Positions 25,327 to 35,487 of a DNA stretch of 64,000 nucleotides are shown piece after piece (position 1 is the stretch's first letter; every line of letters begins with the position of its first letter). Source of the stretch: a virus (taxonomy: Duplodnaviria; Caudoviricetes); the IMG/VR virus record IMGVR_UViG_2788499831_000001, positions 25,131 to 89,130 of that record; one strand, given 5' to 3'. The notes under the pieces are model-generated. The model was not told the origin of the DNA and made no database searches. It saw nothing but the letters and a program-made list of their open reading frames with translations. The translations under genes were made by a program, and so were the position numbers.

Positions 25327-25730
25327 TGAATAATCCACTAGATAACATCATGGGCGTTAAAGAAGCTGGAGAAATGTGGGGATTATCAGCAGACCGCGTG
25401 AAAGGTTTGTGTCAGTCTGGGGAAGTAATCGCTAAGAAAATCGGGAATAGTTGGGTGCTTGATAAAAATCAACCGAACCCAAAGGGTGGAAGAAGAATGA
25501 GATTAGGAGGAGTGAAAATGAGAACATGGGAACGAGAAGGATATAAAGTGATGGAAGTAGAGCATAATTTCGATTTACATGCTTTTGATGTAATCAAGAA
25601 AGAGAAGGTTGTTGCTACAATTACACCTAACACGATTGAAGATATGAACCATATTATAGACGACCTAAACAACGGTGAAGATGTAGATGGTTGGGAAGAC
25701 GGCATGGGTAATACGATTTCAATAAATTAA
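25311..25730 (+). CDS. HTH_17-like DNA-binding protein fused to an acidic domain
   Basis: IMGVKEAGEMWGLSADRVKGLCQSGEVIAKKIGNSWV. Confidence 0.7.
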   Translation: MERKLMNNPLDNIMGVKEAGEMWGLSADRVKGLCQSGEVIAKKIGNSWVLDKNQPNPKGGRRMRLGGVKMRTWEREGYKVMEVEHNFDLHAFDVIKKEKVVATITPNTIEDMNHIIDDLNNGEDVDGWEDGMGNTISIN

Positions 25731-25760
25731 AAAAAGCCGTCAAATGACGGCCCTTATTTT
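25731..25760. terminator. Bidirectional terminator after the endolysin
   Basis: gccgtca-aa-tgacggc flanked by A and T tracts. Confidence 0.7.
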
Positions 25761-26560
25761 TATTTCACTTCATACCACCAACCTTTACGGTCAAGCCAAC
25801 CTTTCATGCCGTTTAATTGCGAATCCGATGTTGGATCAGTAACGAAATATGTTAATCCATTAGATTGTAATTTGAAGTCCGCTGTCATCTTCAAAGAATT
25901 TAAAGCGCCCATTACATCAGGAGTTTCGTATGGTGAAAAAGCACCTGTTTGGATGATGTTTTGTTTAGGTTCTTCCGCTTGTACTTGCTCCTGTGCTGCT
26001 CCAGTAAACCATGCTAAAGACTTATTTCCTATAAGTGAATTAAGATCACATTTACCGATACCAGGTACATTTCCTGTTTCAGTGTATTGCCAAATATCGC
26101 AAGGATATGCTGGTTTATTACCACCATAACGCGGAATCCAAACGAAATCACATTTCACATTTGCCATACCAAAAGGTGCGTACATATGATGACCGACATA
26201 TAAACCGACTTTCTTAGCTCCTAATCGGTATAACTCATCGATAAACGCCTGTGTACCTGCTCTCATATCATTCATTGTTTTTACTTCTACATCAGCCACC
26301 CATACAGTTGCGCTCTTATCACCACGGCTCCAGAAGTCTTGCGCTTCTTTCTTCGCATCATTAATCGATACAAATCTACAGAACGCATAATTGCCAAAAG
26401 GAATATTACGAATCTTCATAGCGGCTACATAAGATTTGTATACTGGATCGACGTAGTTAGAACCATCTTGTACACGAGCAATTACGAAATCTAAATGTTT
26501 TGCTGCCGTATCCCAATCAGGACTTCCATTCCATTTAGACATATCAACAATATATCCCAT
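25760..26560 (-). CDS. GH25 endolysin (PlyB-like)
   Basis: [24 protein letters not shown]; C-terminal cell-wall-binding domain. Confidence 0.92.
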   Translation of the reverse strand: MGYIVDMSKWNGSPDWDTAAKHLDFVIARVQDGSNYVDPVYKSYVAAMKIRNIPFGNYAFCRFVSINDAKKEAQDFWSRGDKSATVWVADVEVKTMNDMRAGTQAFIDELYRLGAKKVGLYVGHHMYAPFGMANVKCDFVWIPRYGGNKPAYPCDIWQYTETGNVPGIGKCDLNSLIGNKSLAWFTGAAQEQVQAEEPKQNIIQTGAFSPYETPDVMGALNSLKMTADFKLQSNGLTYFVTDPTSDSQLNGMKGWLDRKGWWYEVK

Positions 26561-26772
26561 TACTTATCCGCTCCTTCATTTCGTTTATCAGCAAACCATT
26601 TGCCAGCTGTAGGATTAGATACAACACCTGCAGCAATCAAAATGTATAGAATCATATCTACGTATTTTTGATATCTTCCTAAGTTAAAGTGAGGAACGGT
26701 ATCCATTAATACCATCCCTACCAACGCGAATAATGCTACCCATAATCCATAATTCTTGAATTTCTCTTGCAT
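26560..26772 (-). CDS. Small holin-like membrane protein
   Basis: Two TM segments; GVVSNPT motif; next to the endolysin. Confidence 0.7.
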   Translation of the reverse strand: MQEKFKNYGLWVALFALVGMVLMDTVPHFNLGRYQKYVDMILYILIAAGVVSNPTAGKWFADKRNEGADK

Positions 26773-26774
26773 CG

Positions 26775-27263
26775 TTATTTCCTCCGTTTCCTTGTATCAG
26801 AACGTTTTATTTTTGCTTCAATTTCACTCGCTACACTTTCTAATAACCATGTTGGAATCCATTTGTCCCAACCAACACGAACGCAATTAGCTGTGAAACT
26901 GTTGAAAATGTGATATGTTAAACCGCCAGTTACCATAAAGAAAAAGAAATCAGGTAATTTAAAAGCAATATCAAACATGTGAGCTAAACATGGCAATAAA
27001 AAAAGCACCACGGTACGCGCGATGCCTTCAACTCCATATGCCGATGAATACGATCCATCTAACTTTGACGCTTTGCTTCCGGTAATCCAATCGAGTGCAA
27101 CAACCATCATCAGAATGAATATCCAGATTAGATTAGTTTTTCCATAAACCAAACTTAAGAACGTCCCTACTCCACCGCTTACGAATGAAGCTGCTTTAAA
27201 TTGTGCTGTATTAAAAATATCGATTATATTAAGACTTCTGAAAATGTCATGAACTCGCTCCAA
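26775..27263 (-). CDS. Phage holin
   Basis: DWITG motif, TM helices, lysis cassette position. Confidence 0.85.
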   Translation of the reverse strand: MERVHDIFRSLNIIDIFNTAQFKAASFVSGGVGTFLSLVYGKTNLIWIFILMMVVALDWITGSKASKLDGSYSSAYGVEGIARTVVLFLLPCLAHMFDIAFKLPDFFFFMVTGGLTYHIFNSFTANCVRVGWDKWIPTWLLESVASEIEAKIKRSDTRKRRK

Positions 27264-27308
27264 TTGTTCACCTCCTTTTACATAATAAAAAAAGACACGC
27301 TTGTGTCA

Positions 27309-28265
27309 TTACTTAAAACAACTAACATCCATACCGAATATATCTGCAATATCACTCTCGCTACGATCAGATAAATAAGATTCTGTCGTTGACACATCGC
27401 TATGATTAGCAAGGGACTTTAATTTTTCGAGTGGTATACCTTGCTCACGAAGATTATCAAGCCTTGAATGACGGAAAGCATGGGGATTAATTGAAATTGT
27501 TTTACCTTCCTTATTACTCAACATGCTGGATAAAATCTCACACCAGTAATTAAAAGCGCTCTTATTAACTACTCTCTTTTGACCATTGCCATATGTCTTT
27601 ACAAATAGCTGATTAATATTATCTTCTCCTCTATCTTCAAGGTACTTCGAAATTAATAATCTGGTACGTTCGTTGTAATACAACCTAAATTTCTTGCTTC
27701 TTTTTCCAATAACAGTATTTGTATAATACCGTTCAGCCAGTCCATCTTTTAATACCTGGTGCACTTCATTCTTTCTTGCTGCACTGTAATAAGAAATACC
27801 AAGATATACAGCGATAAGTATCTGGTCCTTTTTATCCAGTTCATCTAGTAACCATTCAATCTGTTCCTCTTTTAAAAATGTGATTTCTCTAATTGGATTT
27901 TTCGGTAAACCTTTTACCCTAGAACCAATATTAAATTCATAATCATAATCGTCGTCATCTGCACAAAACTCAAGTGTGGACCGTAATGCACTCATTAATC
28001 CATTTACACGAGCATTAGACATGTCCATTTCTTGAAATACAATACAAAGATTACGAATATCTTTTCTTGTTAGTTCTGTGAATCTTTTGTTATCAAAATG
28101 CTGATAAATCAAATACATTATGATTCTTAGGTCCCACCGATATTGCTTTAAAGTACTCTTTGCTTTTCCTTGTGCCTTCTTTTCAATCAGGAAGTCCCTA
28201 ACTAGGTTCTTATTATCTGAACTAACGTGTTTATCGTAAATTATAGGATCTACAATTCGTTTCAA
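27309..28265 (-). CDS. Tyrosine recombinase (XerC/D-like)
   Basis: R (SAARKNE), HAFRHSR, NHS, TTESY; TTG start at 28265 after aggaggtg. Confidence 0.92.
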   Translation of the reverse strand: MKRIVDPIIYDKHVSSDNKNLVRDFLIEKKAQGKAKSTLKQYRWDLRIIMYLIYQHFDNKRFTELTRKDIRNLCIVFQEMDMSNARVNGLMSALRSTLEFCADDDDYDYEFNIGSRVKGLPKNPIREITFLKEEQIEWLLDELDKKDQILIAVYLGISYYSAARKNEVHQVLKDGLAERYYTNTVIGKRSKKFRLYYNERTRLLISKYLEDRGEDNINQLFVKTYGNGQKRVVNKSAFNYWCEILSSMLSNKEGKTISINPHAFRHSRLDNLREQGIPLEKLKSLANHSDVSTTESYLSDRSESDIADIFGMDVSCFK

Positions 28266-28302
28266 TATAATCAGCACCTCCTGATAAAATAAAAAGAACA
28301 GA

Positions 28303-28791
28303 TTATTTCTGTTCTGTAGGTTCCGTTTCTTCACCAGTTCCTTCTGATGGTTCAGTTGTTGGCGGTTCAACTGGGTTTGTCGGTTGCTCAGGTTCTGTTA
28401 CAGGCGGTTGTTCTGGCTCTTTTGATTCTTCTTTCACAGGAACAACTTGTTTCACGTCGATTCGAGAGAAGATGTAGTCACCAATTACGACTGTAATTGT
28501 ATTATTATTGTTTAATTGTTCATTTAAGTAGATTGGATCATAATCATTTGTTACAATCACCATAGGTTTTCCACTATTTGTGTGGACTTCTAATTTTGTA
28601 GTACCTTCTGTTACAGGTAAATTAACCGGAAGAATACGTTTCACATCAATTCGTTGAATAATAAAATCACCGATAAGCACGGTGATTAGGTCATTACTAT
28701 TTAATTGGTCGTTTAGCACCTGTGCATTGTAAGTTTCAGTTTGTACCTTATGTTTCAGTCCGCTTTGTGTATGGATTTCAATTGTTTGCAT
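28303..28791 (-). CDS. Hypothetical protein with duplicated domain and P/E/T-rich tail
   Basis: Two copies of ..IEIHT.SG......YD..LN.QLN.N..ITV.IGD.I..RIDVK. Confidence 0.75.
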   Translation of the reverse strand: MQTIEIHTQSGLKHKVQTETYNAQVLNDQLNSNDLITVLIGDFIIQRIDVKRILPVNLPVTEGTTKLEVHTNSGKPMVIVTNDYDPIYLNEQLNNNNTITVVIGDYIFSRIDVKQVVPVKEESKEPEQPPVTEPEQPTNPVEPPTTEPSEGTGEETEPTEQK

Positions 28792-28829
28792 ATGTTATCA
28801 ATCTCCTTCTCTATTTTTAATTATTCATC

Positions 28830-30797
28830 TCAATACGTGCCACCGCTCCTCGACTGGATAAACAAGCGTCCTGTAACAGTAGCGTTTATTCTAGCTAAAC
28901 TATTCGGCGTGATTTTAATCTCAACATAGCGGCCACGTTGAAGTTTTCCCTCATTGTCCTTCGCTAAATATGGAATCAAATTAATATCTTGTCCTCTTAT
29001 TGAGTCAAACGGTAATGTATTCCCATCCACTTCAATCGTTACTTTTGATGGAGTTTGATATAATTCGAAAATGCCGAACTCAATTTCATGCGTGTGGTCT
29101 GGCAATGTAATATCGTGTTTATGGTTAGGAATGCTGATGTCGTGCGTATGGTTTGGAATACTGATGTTATGGCTATGATTTGGGATACTTATACTATGAT
29201 TATGGTCTGGTAATGAAATATCATGTGTATGATCTCCACTAGAACCGTGTGTATAGAAACTAGATCCCGTTCCTTTTGCGTAAAATGAAGCCGCAGTATT
29301 TCTTCCAGGATCAGAAAAAGCTGTATACAATCCTATTGTTGTTGGTTCAGCAGGCATAATCCCACCACCATGAAACATCTTATGAACATGATCTCCGCCA
29401 CCACTTGATGTTTTAACCGTACCGCCACCAGAACCGGTTGAACTAACGTTTGCTCCTCCTGAACTTGTAGAACCTACATTAGCACCACCAGCTTGCGTTG
29501 AACCAACCGTTGCTCCACCGGATGAAGTAGAACCTACAACAGCCCCGCCGCCTTTGATAGCACGCTCGTATGCCCTAAATCTTAATATCTCAAATGTCAG
29601 TAACAGTTCATTCACATTCTTAACATCGTTAGGTATTTGAAACCTAATGATAGCTGGATGTTCAGGGTCACAATTATCTTGGAAGTCTCGACTATCGATA
29701 TTTGTTGTCCCTTGAGAATACACTTCGTTGACTCTCTGGCGTTTTTCGATATCGGCTTGTATTGTTCCTAAATCAGTTACCTTATTTTCTAATACAAGCT
29801 TTACATCAAGCGGATTACCTGTAACATCACCTTTAGGACGGTCCATTACTCGTAAATCAACCGATATATTAAAATCCTCATCATATAAGCGCACTAGCTT
29901 ACCAGTCTCATACTTTTCTATTTTGTATGGATCAATTAACTCATAATCAATCGCATCTATTTCATACGTAACTTTTGGCATACACGCTTTTAGTAACATT
30001 GCTTGTGCGGAAGCATAAAGGGTTTTCGGGTCCTCGAATTTTCTATCTACCCAAATGTAATCAAACCCATCGTGTAAATCTCTAACAAACTCAGGAGCAT
30101 CTATATAGGGAAGACCATTGTTAACGCTTTTTATCGTAAGCTGATTAACACCTTCGCCATAACCAAGTGGATAAATCCTTGTCATAACATCTTTAGCTTT
30201 TACTTTGCGCTTAATACCCTTCATATTCTTCCGGTATCGAAGTTCGCCCGTAATTTCTTCTGAGTATCGGACAATGTTTAAAGTCCAAGGATAAGACGAA
30301 TCATCCCAAGTCCATTGGAATTTTTCATCAAATGGCTTCGGAATGCTATATATTGGGCCTAATAACGTATCTTCATTTTCCCAACTGTATGAAAAATACT
30401 TTGTAAAATCACATTGACCAAGTTTCCAATGCTTTATTCTTTGTTTGCTAAGGAGATACTCAATGTTCTGTCTTGTGGTTAAATTAATTCTTTCGTGATA
30501 ACCAAAAAGCACGCTGTCCATCAGTGTGGATAAAACGTGCTCACAGTCATAAGTTATTATTTTTTCATGTACTTCTCTCTCTTCTTCACTGTCCATAATA
30601 CGGAACATTCCAATACGCTTACCGTTATCAAATATCTCAACATAATCAAACGTTTCAATTTCTTCTCTTTTCGGATCAGTAAACGGCAATGAAAAACCCG
30701 CCGTCCAAAGTTCATTGAGTGGCGGGTTGTATTTTATATTATATGCATTCTCAAGATATGCCTTGAGTTGCATTTGCTTATTATAGAGTTTTAGCAA
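28830..30797 (-). CDS. Phage B tail-tip/minor structural protein with fibre-like repeats
   Basis: TRIYPLG.GEGVNQLTI tail motif; GGA.VGST repeats; H-x-H repeats. Confidence 0.88.
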   Translation of the reverse strand: MLKLYNKQMQLKAYLENAYNIKYNPPLNELWTAGFSLPFTDPKREEIETFDYVEIFDNGKRIGMFRIMDSEEEREVHEKIITYDCEHVLSTLMDSVLFGYHERINLTTRQNIEYLLSKQRIKHWKLGQCDFTKYFSYSWENEDTLLGPIYSIPKPFDEKFQWTWDDSSYPWTLNIVRYSEEITGELRYRKNMKGIKRKVKAKDVMTRIYPLGYGEGVNQLTIKSVNNGLPYIDAPEFVRDLHDGFDYIWVDRKFEDPKTLYASAQAMLLKACMPKVTYEIDAIDYELIDPYKIEKYETGKLVRLYDEDFNISVDLRVMDRPKGDVTGNPLDVKLVLENKVTDLGTIQADIEKRQRVNEVYSQGTTNIDSRDFQDNCDPEHPAIIRFQIPNDVKNVNELLLTFEILRFRAYERAIKGGGAVVGSTSSGGATVGSTQAGGANVGSTSSGGANVSSTGSGGGTVKTSSGGGDHVHKMFHGGGIMPAEPTTIGLYTAFSDPGRNTAASFYAKGTGSSFYTHGSSGDHTHDISLPDHNHSISIPNHSHNISIPNHTHDISIPNHKHDITLPDHTHEIEFGIFELYQTPSKVTIEVDGNTLPFDSIRGQDINLIPYLAKDNEGKLQRGRYVEIKITPNSLARINATVTGRLFIQSRSGGTY

Positions 30798-30876
30798 TGT
30801 ATCACCTTCTTTGCAAAATAAAAAAGCCTGCTATAAGCACGCTTCATTTTGTTGTAAAATTCGTATTTTATTTAAT

Positions 30877-30987
30877 TTATTGTATTACCGCAAATACTGC
30901 GTCAATTATAATTATCCAAAGAACTGCCGATGCTATACCACCTAGAACTAAAGCTTTTCCAAACCTATTTTCATTAACCATATTCAT
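30877..30987 (-). CDS. 36-aa membrane peptide, absent from ORF track
   Basis: MNMVNENRFGKALVLGGIASAVLWIIIIDAVFAVIQ; RBS gaggt. Confidence 0.6.
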   Translation of the reverse strand: MNMVNENRFGKALVLGGIASAVLWIIIIDAVFAVIQ

Positions 30988-31143
30988 AATATCTACCTCG
31001 CTTAGATAAGTTTCGTATAGATTATATTAGTATTGTTAAATCTTAATGGTTTCTATGTGAATTTAATGTGTTCAATTTCTTGCAATATAAAAAGAGTAGC
31101 GATATCGCTGCTCTTGGTTATACAAACAGTATTTTGTTAAAAG

Positions 31144-31356
31144 TTATTCGTCATCATACATTGAGCATGATATATCTAATATCTCGAAAATTTCACCAAG
31201 TAACTCTAGGTTGTAGTCGTGTTTTATTTTGTCCCAGGCAACACCTTTAAATCCGAATGTATTTTCACAATACCTAAACATCTTCTCGAATTCTCCAAAT
31301 TCATCTAAGTCGAAATCTGTACTGTATATCTTTACACAATATATGATAATTAACAC
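31144..31356 (-). CDS. Small acidic hypothetical protein
   Basis: RBS ggagag; lies between the direct repeats. Confidence 0.55.
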   Translation of the reverse strand: MLIIIYCVKIYSTDFDLDEFGEFEKMFRYCENTFGFKGVAWDKIKHDYNLELLGEIFEILDISCSMYDDE

Positions 31357-31381
31357 TCTCCATTATATTTTTATTAAAGAT

Positions 31382-31546
31382 TTATTCAGTACTAGGAATT
31401 ACCCACCATTTACCCTTTAAATATATATAGCCAAGATGTCCTCCGGGTTTTCGATTCATATCTATGACACGATCGCATTCATGAGGTTCTTTAATAGTTT
31501 TTATAAATTCTTTTACATCTGTAATTCCATTTCCGTAATCATACAT
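31382..31546 (-). CDS. 54-aa hypothetical protein, absent from ORF track
   Basis: RBS aaggag; MYDYGNGITDVKEFIKTIKEPHECDRV... Confidence 0.5.
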   Translation of the reverse strand: MYDYGNGITDVKEFIKTIKEPHECDRVIDMNRKPGGHLGYIYLKGKWWVIPSTE

Positions 31547-31613
31547 GATGAAATCCAGCTCCTTTGCAAAATAAAAAAGCCTGTTGCTACACGCTTGAAT
31601 TTCGAATTTACAT

Positions 31614-31748
31614 TTATGACTTTAGTTGTGGAGTGATTAAGATTGCATCCATTTCTTGCTGTGTTAAATATCCTTTTGCGGCACAAGCTCTCACATATGT
31701 TTCATCGGCTTTTTTCATAAACCACATATTTAAAATAAATTGATACAT
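31614..31748 (-). CDS. XkdX family protein, absent from ORF track
   Basis: MYQFILNMWFMKKADETYVRACAAKGYLTQQEMDAILITPQLKS. Confidence 0.75.
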   Translation of the reverse strand: MYQFILNMWFMKKADETYVRACAAKGYLTQQEMDAILITPQLKS

Positions 31749-31750
31749 AA

Positions 31751-32086
31751 TTACTTACCTCCCATTATTAATTCCATTAATGCATTTTCTACGGCTTCTA
31801 AACGTTCAAGTGCCGTTGGTTTTGATTGTTTTTCTTTCCACTCATTCCCTGTCCATTCCCAAGTCTTCACGAAATCAGATGGAACGATTAATGTCGAGTT
31901 TGGAGGTGGCTCATAAGTTACTACCGTTTCTATATTGCCACTAGGATCATGTAACTGTGCTTCGATTAGGTCAATAAATAACTGACCATCACTTGTTCTA
32001 TATTGTGTAATTCCTTCTACATCAACAAATTTAATGTATATTTTGCTGTTATCCCATACATAATATCGTCGTTTCATAACATTCAC
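31751..32086 (-). CDS. Tail-fibre accessory/chaperone (XkdW-like position)
   Basis: Between RBP and xkdX; C-terminal LERLEAVENALMEL. Confidence 0.65.
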   Translation of the reverse strand: MNVMKRRYYVWDNSKIYIKFVDVEGITQYRTSDGQLFIDLIEAQLHDPSGNIETVVTYEPPPNSTLIVPSDFVKTWEWTGNEWKEKQSKPTALERLEAVENALMELIMGGK

Positions 32087-32087
32087 C

Positions 32088-33968
32088 TCAAATTTTAATC
32101 CAATATGTGTCTGTCTTTTTCAAGCGTACATATTGACTTTGGGTTAACTCAATTTTTGAACCAATGTTTAAGAGGTCAGGTCCTGTTCCTGTATTGTTTA
32201 AAGTAAGGTTAGCCGCCCCAGCAACGATGAGTGTGATTTCCTGCCCTAACTTAGCTCCAGTTATCTTATTAATGCTACCTTGTACATTTTTAAACATAAA
32301 TGGATACGCTTCGTTAAATGGATTCGTGTTTTTGTTTATTAAACTTGAAACATTAAACTCACCATTTATTGTCCGTGGAGTAACGTTTATATTTCCAAAT
32401 GTTCTTTGATTGTCAACATATGATAAAGGCATGTTGCCAATGGATACACCACGAATTTGGAAAAGAGCTCCATCGTAGGCATTTAGTGATGTACGTACGC
32501 GTTGCTTTCCTTCAAAGTCTTCTGTTAATTCAGCAATAAAAATAGAATAGGCATTCGGCAATGAATCTGTTCCATAATAAAATTTCGAGTTACCCGTTGC
32601 GGTAATGCTATTCGCATTGACTAGTGCATTGATTACTCGATACCCGATATTAATACCACATCGTGTTGGATAGGTAATTGGGTTGTTAGCAACAATAATG
32701 TTTGCTTCTGGATATGTTGATTTATCTATCGTTTCTATATAAATACCGTCTCCTGGAATTCGTTGCCCCGGCCACGCAATATTATTACCAGTTATAGTTA
32801 ATGTTCTCGGATCTTCAATATGAATCGAATTCCAGCCAGCTTCGAAACATTGATTATCTGATATAGTACCGAAATTGCTTTGTTTTACATAGATGTTATG
32901 GCATTTAGTAGCTGATTTCAAACGATATAATTGATGGAAAAAGAAATTGTCAGAGATGTTATATCCGTCTTGCCCTTCTAAATGGATATGAGTAATTCCC
33001 CTTGTTGTTAAATATCCATGACAGCCTGTAATTTGCCAGTCCCCATGTTGATTGTACCGCCAATTTTGTGAAACACCTTCATACCATGGCATCCAACTGG
33101 TTTTTATACAATAATCCACATTCACAAAAAAACAATCGGTAATTTGAACCCTAGCAGTTTGTTGGTAAGGAACATCTTCAAACAACGCTTCACCATGGAC
33201 GGCACGATGATAGTTTTCAAAATAACAATTTTCGACCGTTACACAACGTGTATTCTGAATTACAATTGCATCCGTTTTATTGTCTTTATCGTGTTTAAAT
33301 CTAAGCCCAACAATTTTAGTAAATAAGTCAACAATATTATTGTCATAACTAGGATTAGGCCGCTCTATTGATTTTATTTTAATTGTCCCTTGCAAAGTCC
33401 CAGGCCCTGTAACAGTTATATGTGGTGATGTGATTAAAACTTCATCATATTTATAAGTGCCCAAAGGGATATAAAGAAGACCTCCTGCAAAAGGAAAATT
33501 AGGTTGATTATTTTTTATATAATCAATAGTAGCTTGTATACTATCAGTATTATTAAAGTTTGGATCTTCTTGTTTACTTTTTGCTCCTGACCAAGTAATA
33601 CTAATTCCTTTCCCCAGAATATCTTTATCAGCCTTCGTTTGATCAGACACTACTTTTGCTAAAAGTGCATCGACTGCATCAGCTCTTTTTCCTGCTGTAT
33701 CAAATGTTTCACCTGTAACCATACTTGTTCTAAAATCGACCAATTCACTTATAGAAGGATTTTCATTAGTCATATTAGCAATTTGATTATCATATTTCTT
33801 TTCTAATGCGGTTTGTTTATGTTGTGTGTTCTTAGATAATGTTGTGGCTGACTCTGTTTCTTTATTAATAGCATCTACCGCATCGTGTATAGATCCACGA
33901 ACTTCTTTACCATAAATGGCAGTTTTGATTCCACGCAGAAAATTAATTATATTAGCCACATCATGCAC
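32088..33968 (-). CDS. Tail spike/RBP with right-handed beta-helix, putative depolymerase
   Basis: IYGKEVRGSIHDAV anchor; repeated I.I....N.I beta-helix rungs. Confidence 0.8.
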   Translation of the reverse strand: MHDVANIINFLRGIKTAIYGKEVRGSIHDAVDAINKETESATTLSKNTQHKQTALEKKYDNQIANMTNENPSISELVDFRTSMVTGETFDTAGKRADAVDALLAKVVSDQTKADKDILGKGISITWSGAKSKQEDPNFNNTDSIQATIDYIKNNQPNFPFAGGLLYIPLGTYKYDEVLITSPHITVTGPGTLQGTIKIKSIERPNPSYDNNIVDLFTKIVGLRFKHDKDNKTDAIVIQNTRCVTVENCYFENYHRAVHGEALFEDVPYQQTARVQITDCFFVNVDYCIKTSWMPWYEGVSQNWRYNQHGDWQITGCHGYLTTRGITHIHLEGQDGYNISDNFFFHQLYRLKSATKCHNIYVKQSNFGTISDNQCFEAGWNSIHIEDPRTLTITGNNIAWPGQRIPGDGIYIETIDKSTYPEANIIVANNPITYPTRCGINIGYRVINALVNANSITATGNSKFYYGTDSLPNAYSIFIAELTEDFEGKQRVRTSLNAYDGALFQIRGVSIGNMPLSYVDNQRTFGNINVTPRTINGEFNVSSLINKNTNPFNEAYPFMFKNVQGSINKITGAKLGQEITLIVAGAANLTLNNTGTGPDLLNIGSKIELTQSQYVRLKKTDTYWIKI

Positions 33969-35487
33969 CTCCTGTCCCTTCTAATGCAGTTACACGTTTA
34001 TCTACTGATTGTAGATCTGATTGTACCTTCTCAATACTTTTACTAATTGTTTCAATATTTTTTTCAACCATATCTACTTTTTCGCTAACAACTGTAATGT
34101 TTTGAGCATTCTTTTCTATATCTTTTTGAATTTGTAAAACACTTTCTGCCGTAGGTAGATTCTGTATTTCACCTTCAATTTGTTTTAATGTATTTTCTAA
34201 ATCAAATACAGATTTAATAATCAACTGTAAATCAACATTGCCAACAGATTCTTTTAAAGTTTGTAGTTCTTGCTTAGCTTCATCTAGGCTTGTTGATAAA
34301 GAACTAATTTTAGTAGTCTGTTTGAACACTGTATTTTGTAGCCCTTCGATATTTTGAGTTGATTTTTGCAAATCACTTTGATATTGGTTTAAAGTTTTAA
34401 ATTTATCACCAATTGTTAAACTCGCATTTTGCGGACTATTAATATCCAATGATTTACCTATAATCCTTAATCGTTCATCGATACCCATGATTGGATTTTT
34501 AACCTGATGAGAATTACCTATTTCAAAAGAATCCATATCAAGTCCAAGTAAAAATAAATCCAGCGCACTGATTTTATATTGAACATGAGTAACCTTTTGA
34601 TTTAAAAACCATTCTCGACCTTTAGATAGAAGGTTGCTAACAATCGTTACATCATCCCATGTTATCGACTTCCCTTGAATTCCAAAATCGTGTATTAATG
34701 CTTTATCATCAAGATAAGGTACGCCATTATTTACAGCTTCAATAGTTAATCTTGCTTCAGATGCATCAGTTGCCCCCTCTTCTTTAGATTCAACACGAGC
34801 CCCTAACGGAGTTAGCCTTGTAACAATTTGAGTAGGATCAATGTCACAAGACATACTGATTAAATTTTTCGCAATACGAATATCCGTACTCTTATCCTCA
34901 CCAATCCGATTTACCAAGTCTAAAAAGCGAACTCCGTTTACTTTACGTATTTGAAGTTCGCCATTCAATTTATCTATTAACTTTTCTTTTATTGTATCGA
35001 ACGTATCTTTTTCAGCTGATAAATAAAGATATAAATTGTTTGTGGAATTCGTTGCTGTTATATTTCCAATTCGAAACTGCTTATATGATTCCACTTGTAA
35101 ATTGTGATAGTTGATAATCTTCGTAAGAAGTTCGAACGGTGTACCGCGGAATTCCATATGTCGTTGCACAGAATCATGTAAATATCCAAGTTCTCCTTCA
35201 CATTCATATGAATCACTATGAAGGCCTGTATTGTCCATATTTTTACTTGGACCTAATACACGCCCTTCAAATTCATACTTACCTGTCTTTGTATTTAATA
35301 CATTAATAAGTGTTTTCAATGGCTTTATCTTATGAAAACCAGGATTGTTCATAAAAAAACTAAAATTAAAGGAATCTATCAAATTTATTTCCTTTTTTAT
35401 TACTCCAGATGCTAACTTCAGACCATCTGCATGCGAACTATGAATCATTGTTTCAATACCATCATTAATCATCGTAACTTTGTACAT
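33961..35487 (-). CDS. Tail-associated (Tal) endopeptidase-like protein
   Basis: TRLTPLGA motif; coiled-coil C-terminus; follows Dit. Confidence 0.85.
   Translation of the reverse strand: MYKVTMINDGIETMIHSSHADGLKLASGVIKKEINLIDSFNFSFFMNNPGFHKIKPLKTLINVLNTKTGKYEFEGRVLGPSKNMDNTGLHSDSYECEGELGYLHDSVQRHMEFRGTPFELLTKIINYHNLQVESYKQFRIGNITATNSTNNLYLYLSAEKDTFDTIKEKLIDKLNGELQIRKVNGVRFLDLVNRIGEDKSTDIRIAKNLISMSCDIDPTQIVTRLTPLGARVESKEEGATDASEARLTIEAVNNGVPYLDDKALIHDFGIQGKSITWDDVTIVSNLLSKGREWFLNQKVTHVQYKISALDLFLLGLDMDSFEIGNSHQVKNPIMGIDERLRIIGKSLDINSPQNASLTIGDKFKTLNQYQSDLQKSTQNIEGLQNTVFKQTTKISSLSTSLDEAKQELQTLKESVGNVDLQLIIKSVFDLENTLKQIEGEIQNLPTAESVLQIQKDIEKNAQNITVVSEKVDMVEKNIETISKSIEKVQSDLQSVDKRVTALEGTGGA

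Larger units (their letters stand above)
30809..31583. repeat. Identical 22-bp direct repeats ctttgcaaaataaaaaagcctg
   Basis: Copies at 30809-30830 and 31562-31583, each followed by acgctt. Confidence 0.9.
1..31600 (-). mobile_element. Prophage B, phage-plasmid-like, circularly permuted, left end outside window
   Basis: Minus-strand order: tail tip, lysis, Rep/ParM, arbitrium and repressor, recombination, DnaD/DnaC, small-gene array. No integrase beside the repressor. Confidence 0.8.

Noticed and set aside
27309-28370. Tyrosine recombinase as the integrase for the comFA site, and the 353-aa ORF start
   Set aside because: The serine integrase abuts the junction. The longer start overlaps the upstream gene and lacks an RBS.
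28830-35487. Diversity-generating retroelement or invertible tail shufflon to explain the two tail tips
   Set aside because: No reverse transcriptase or TR/VR pair was seen. Both tail genes are co-oriented and the flanking repeats are direct, not inverted.
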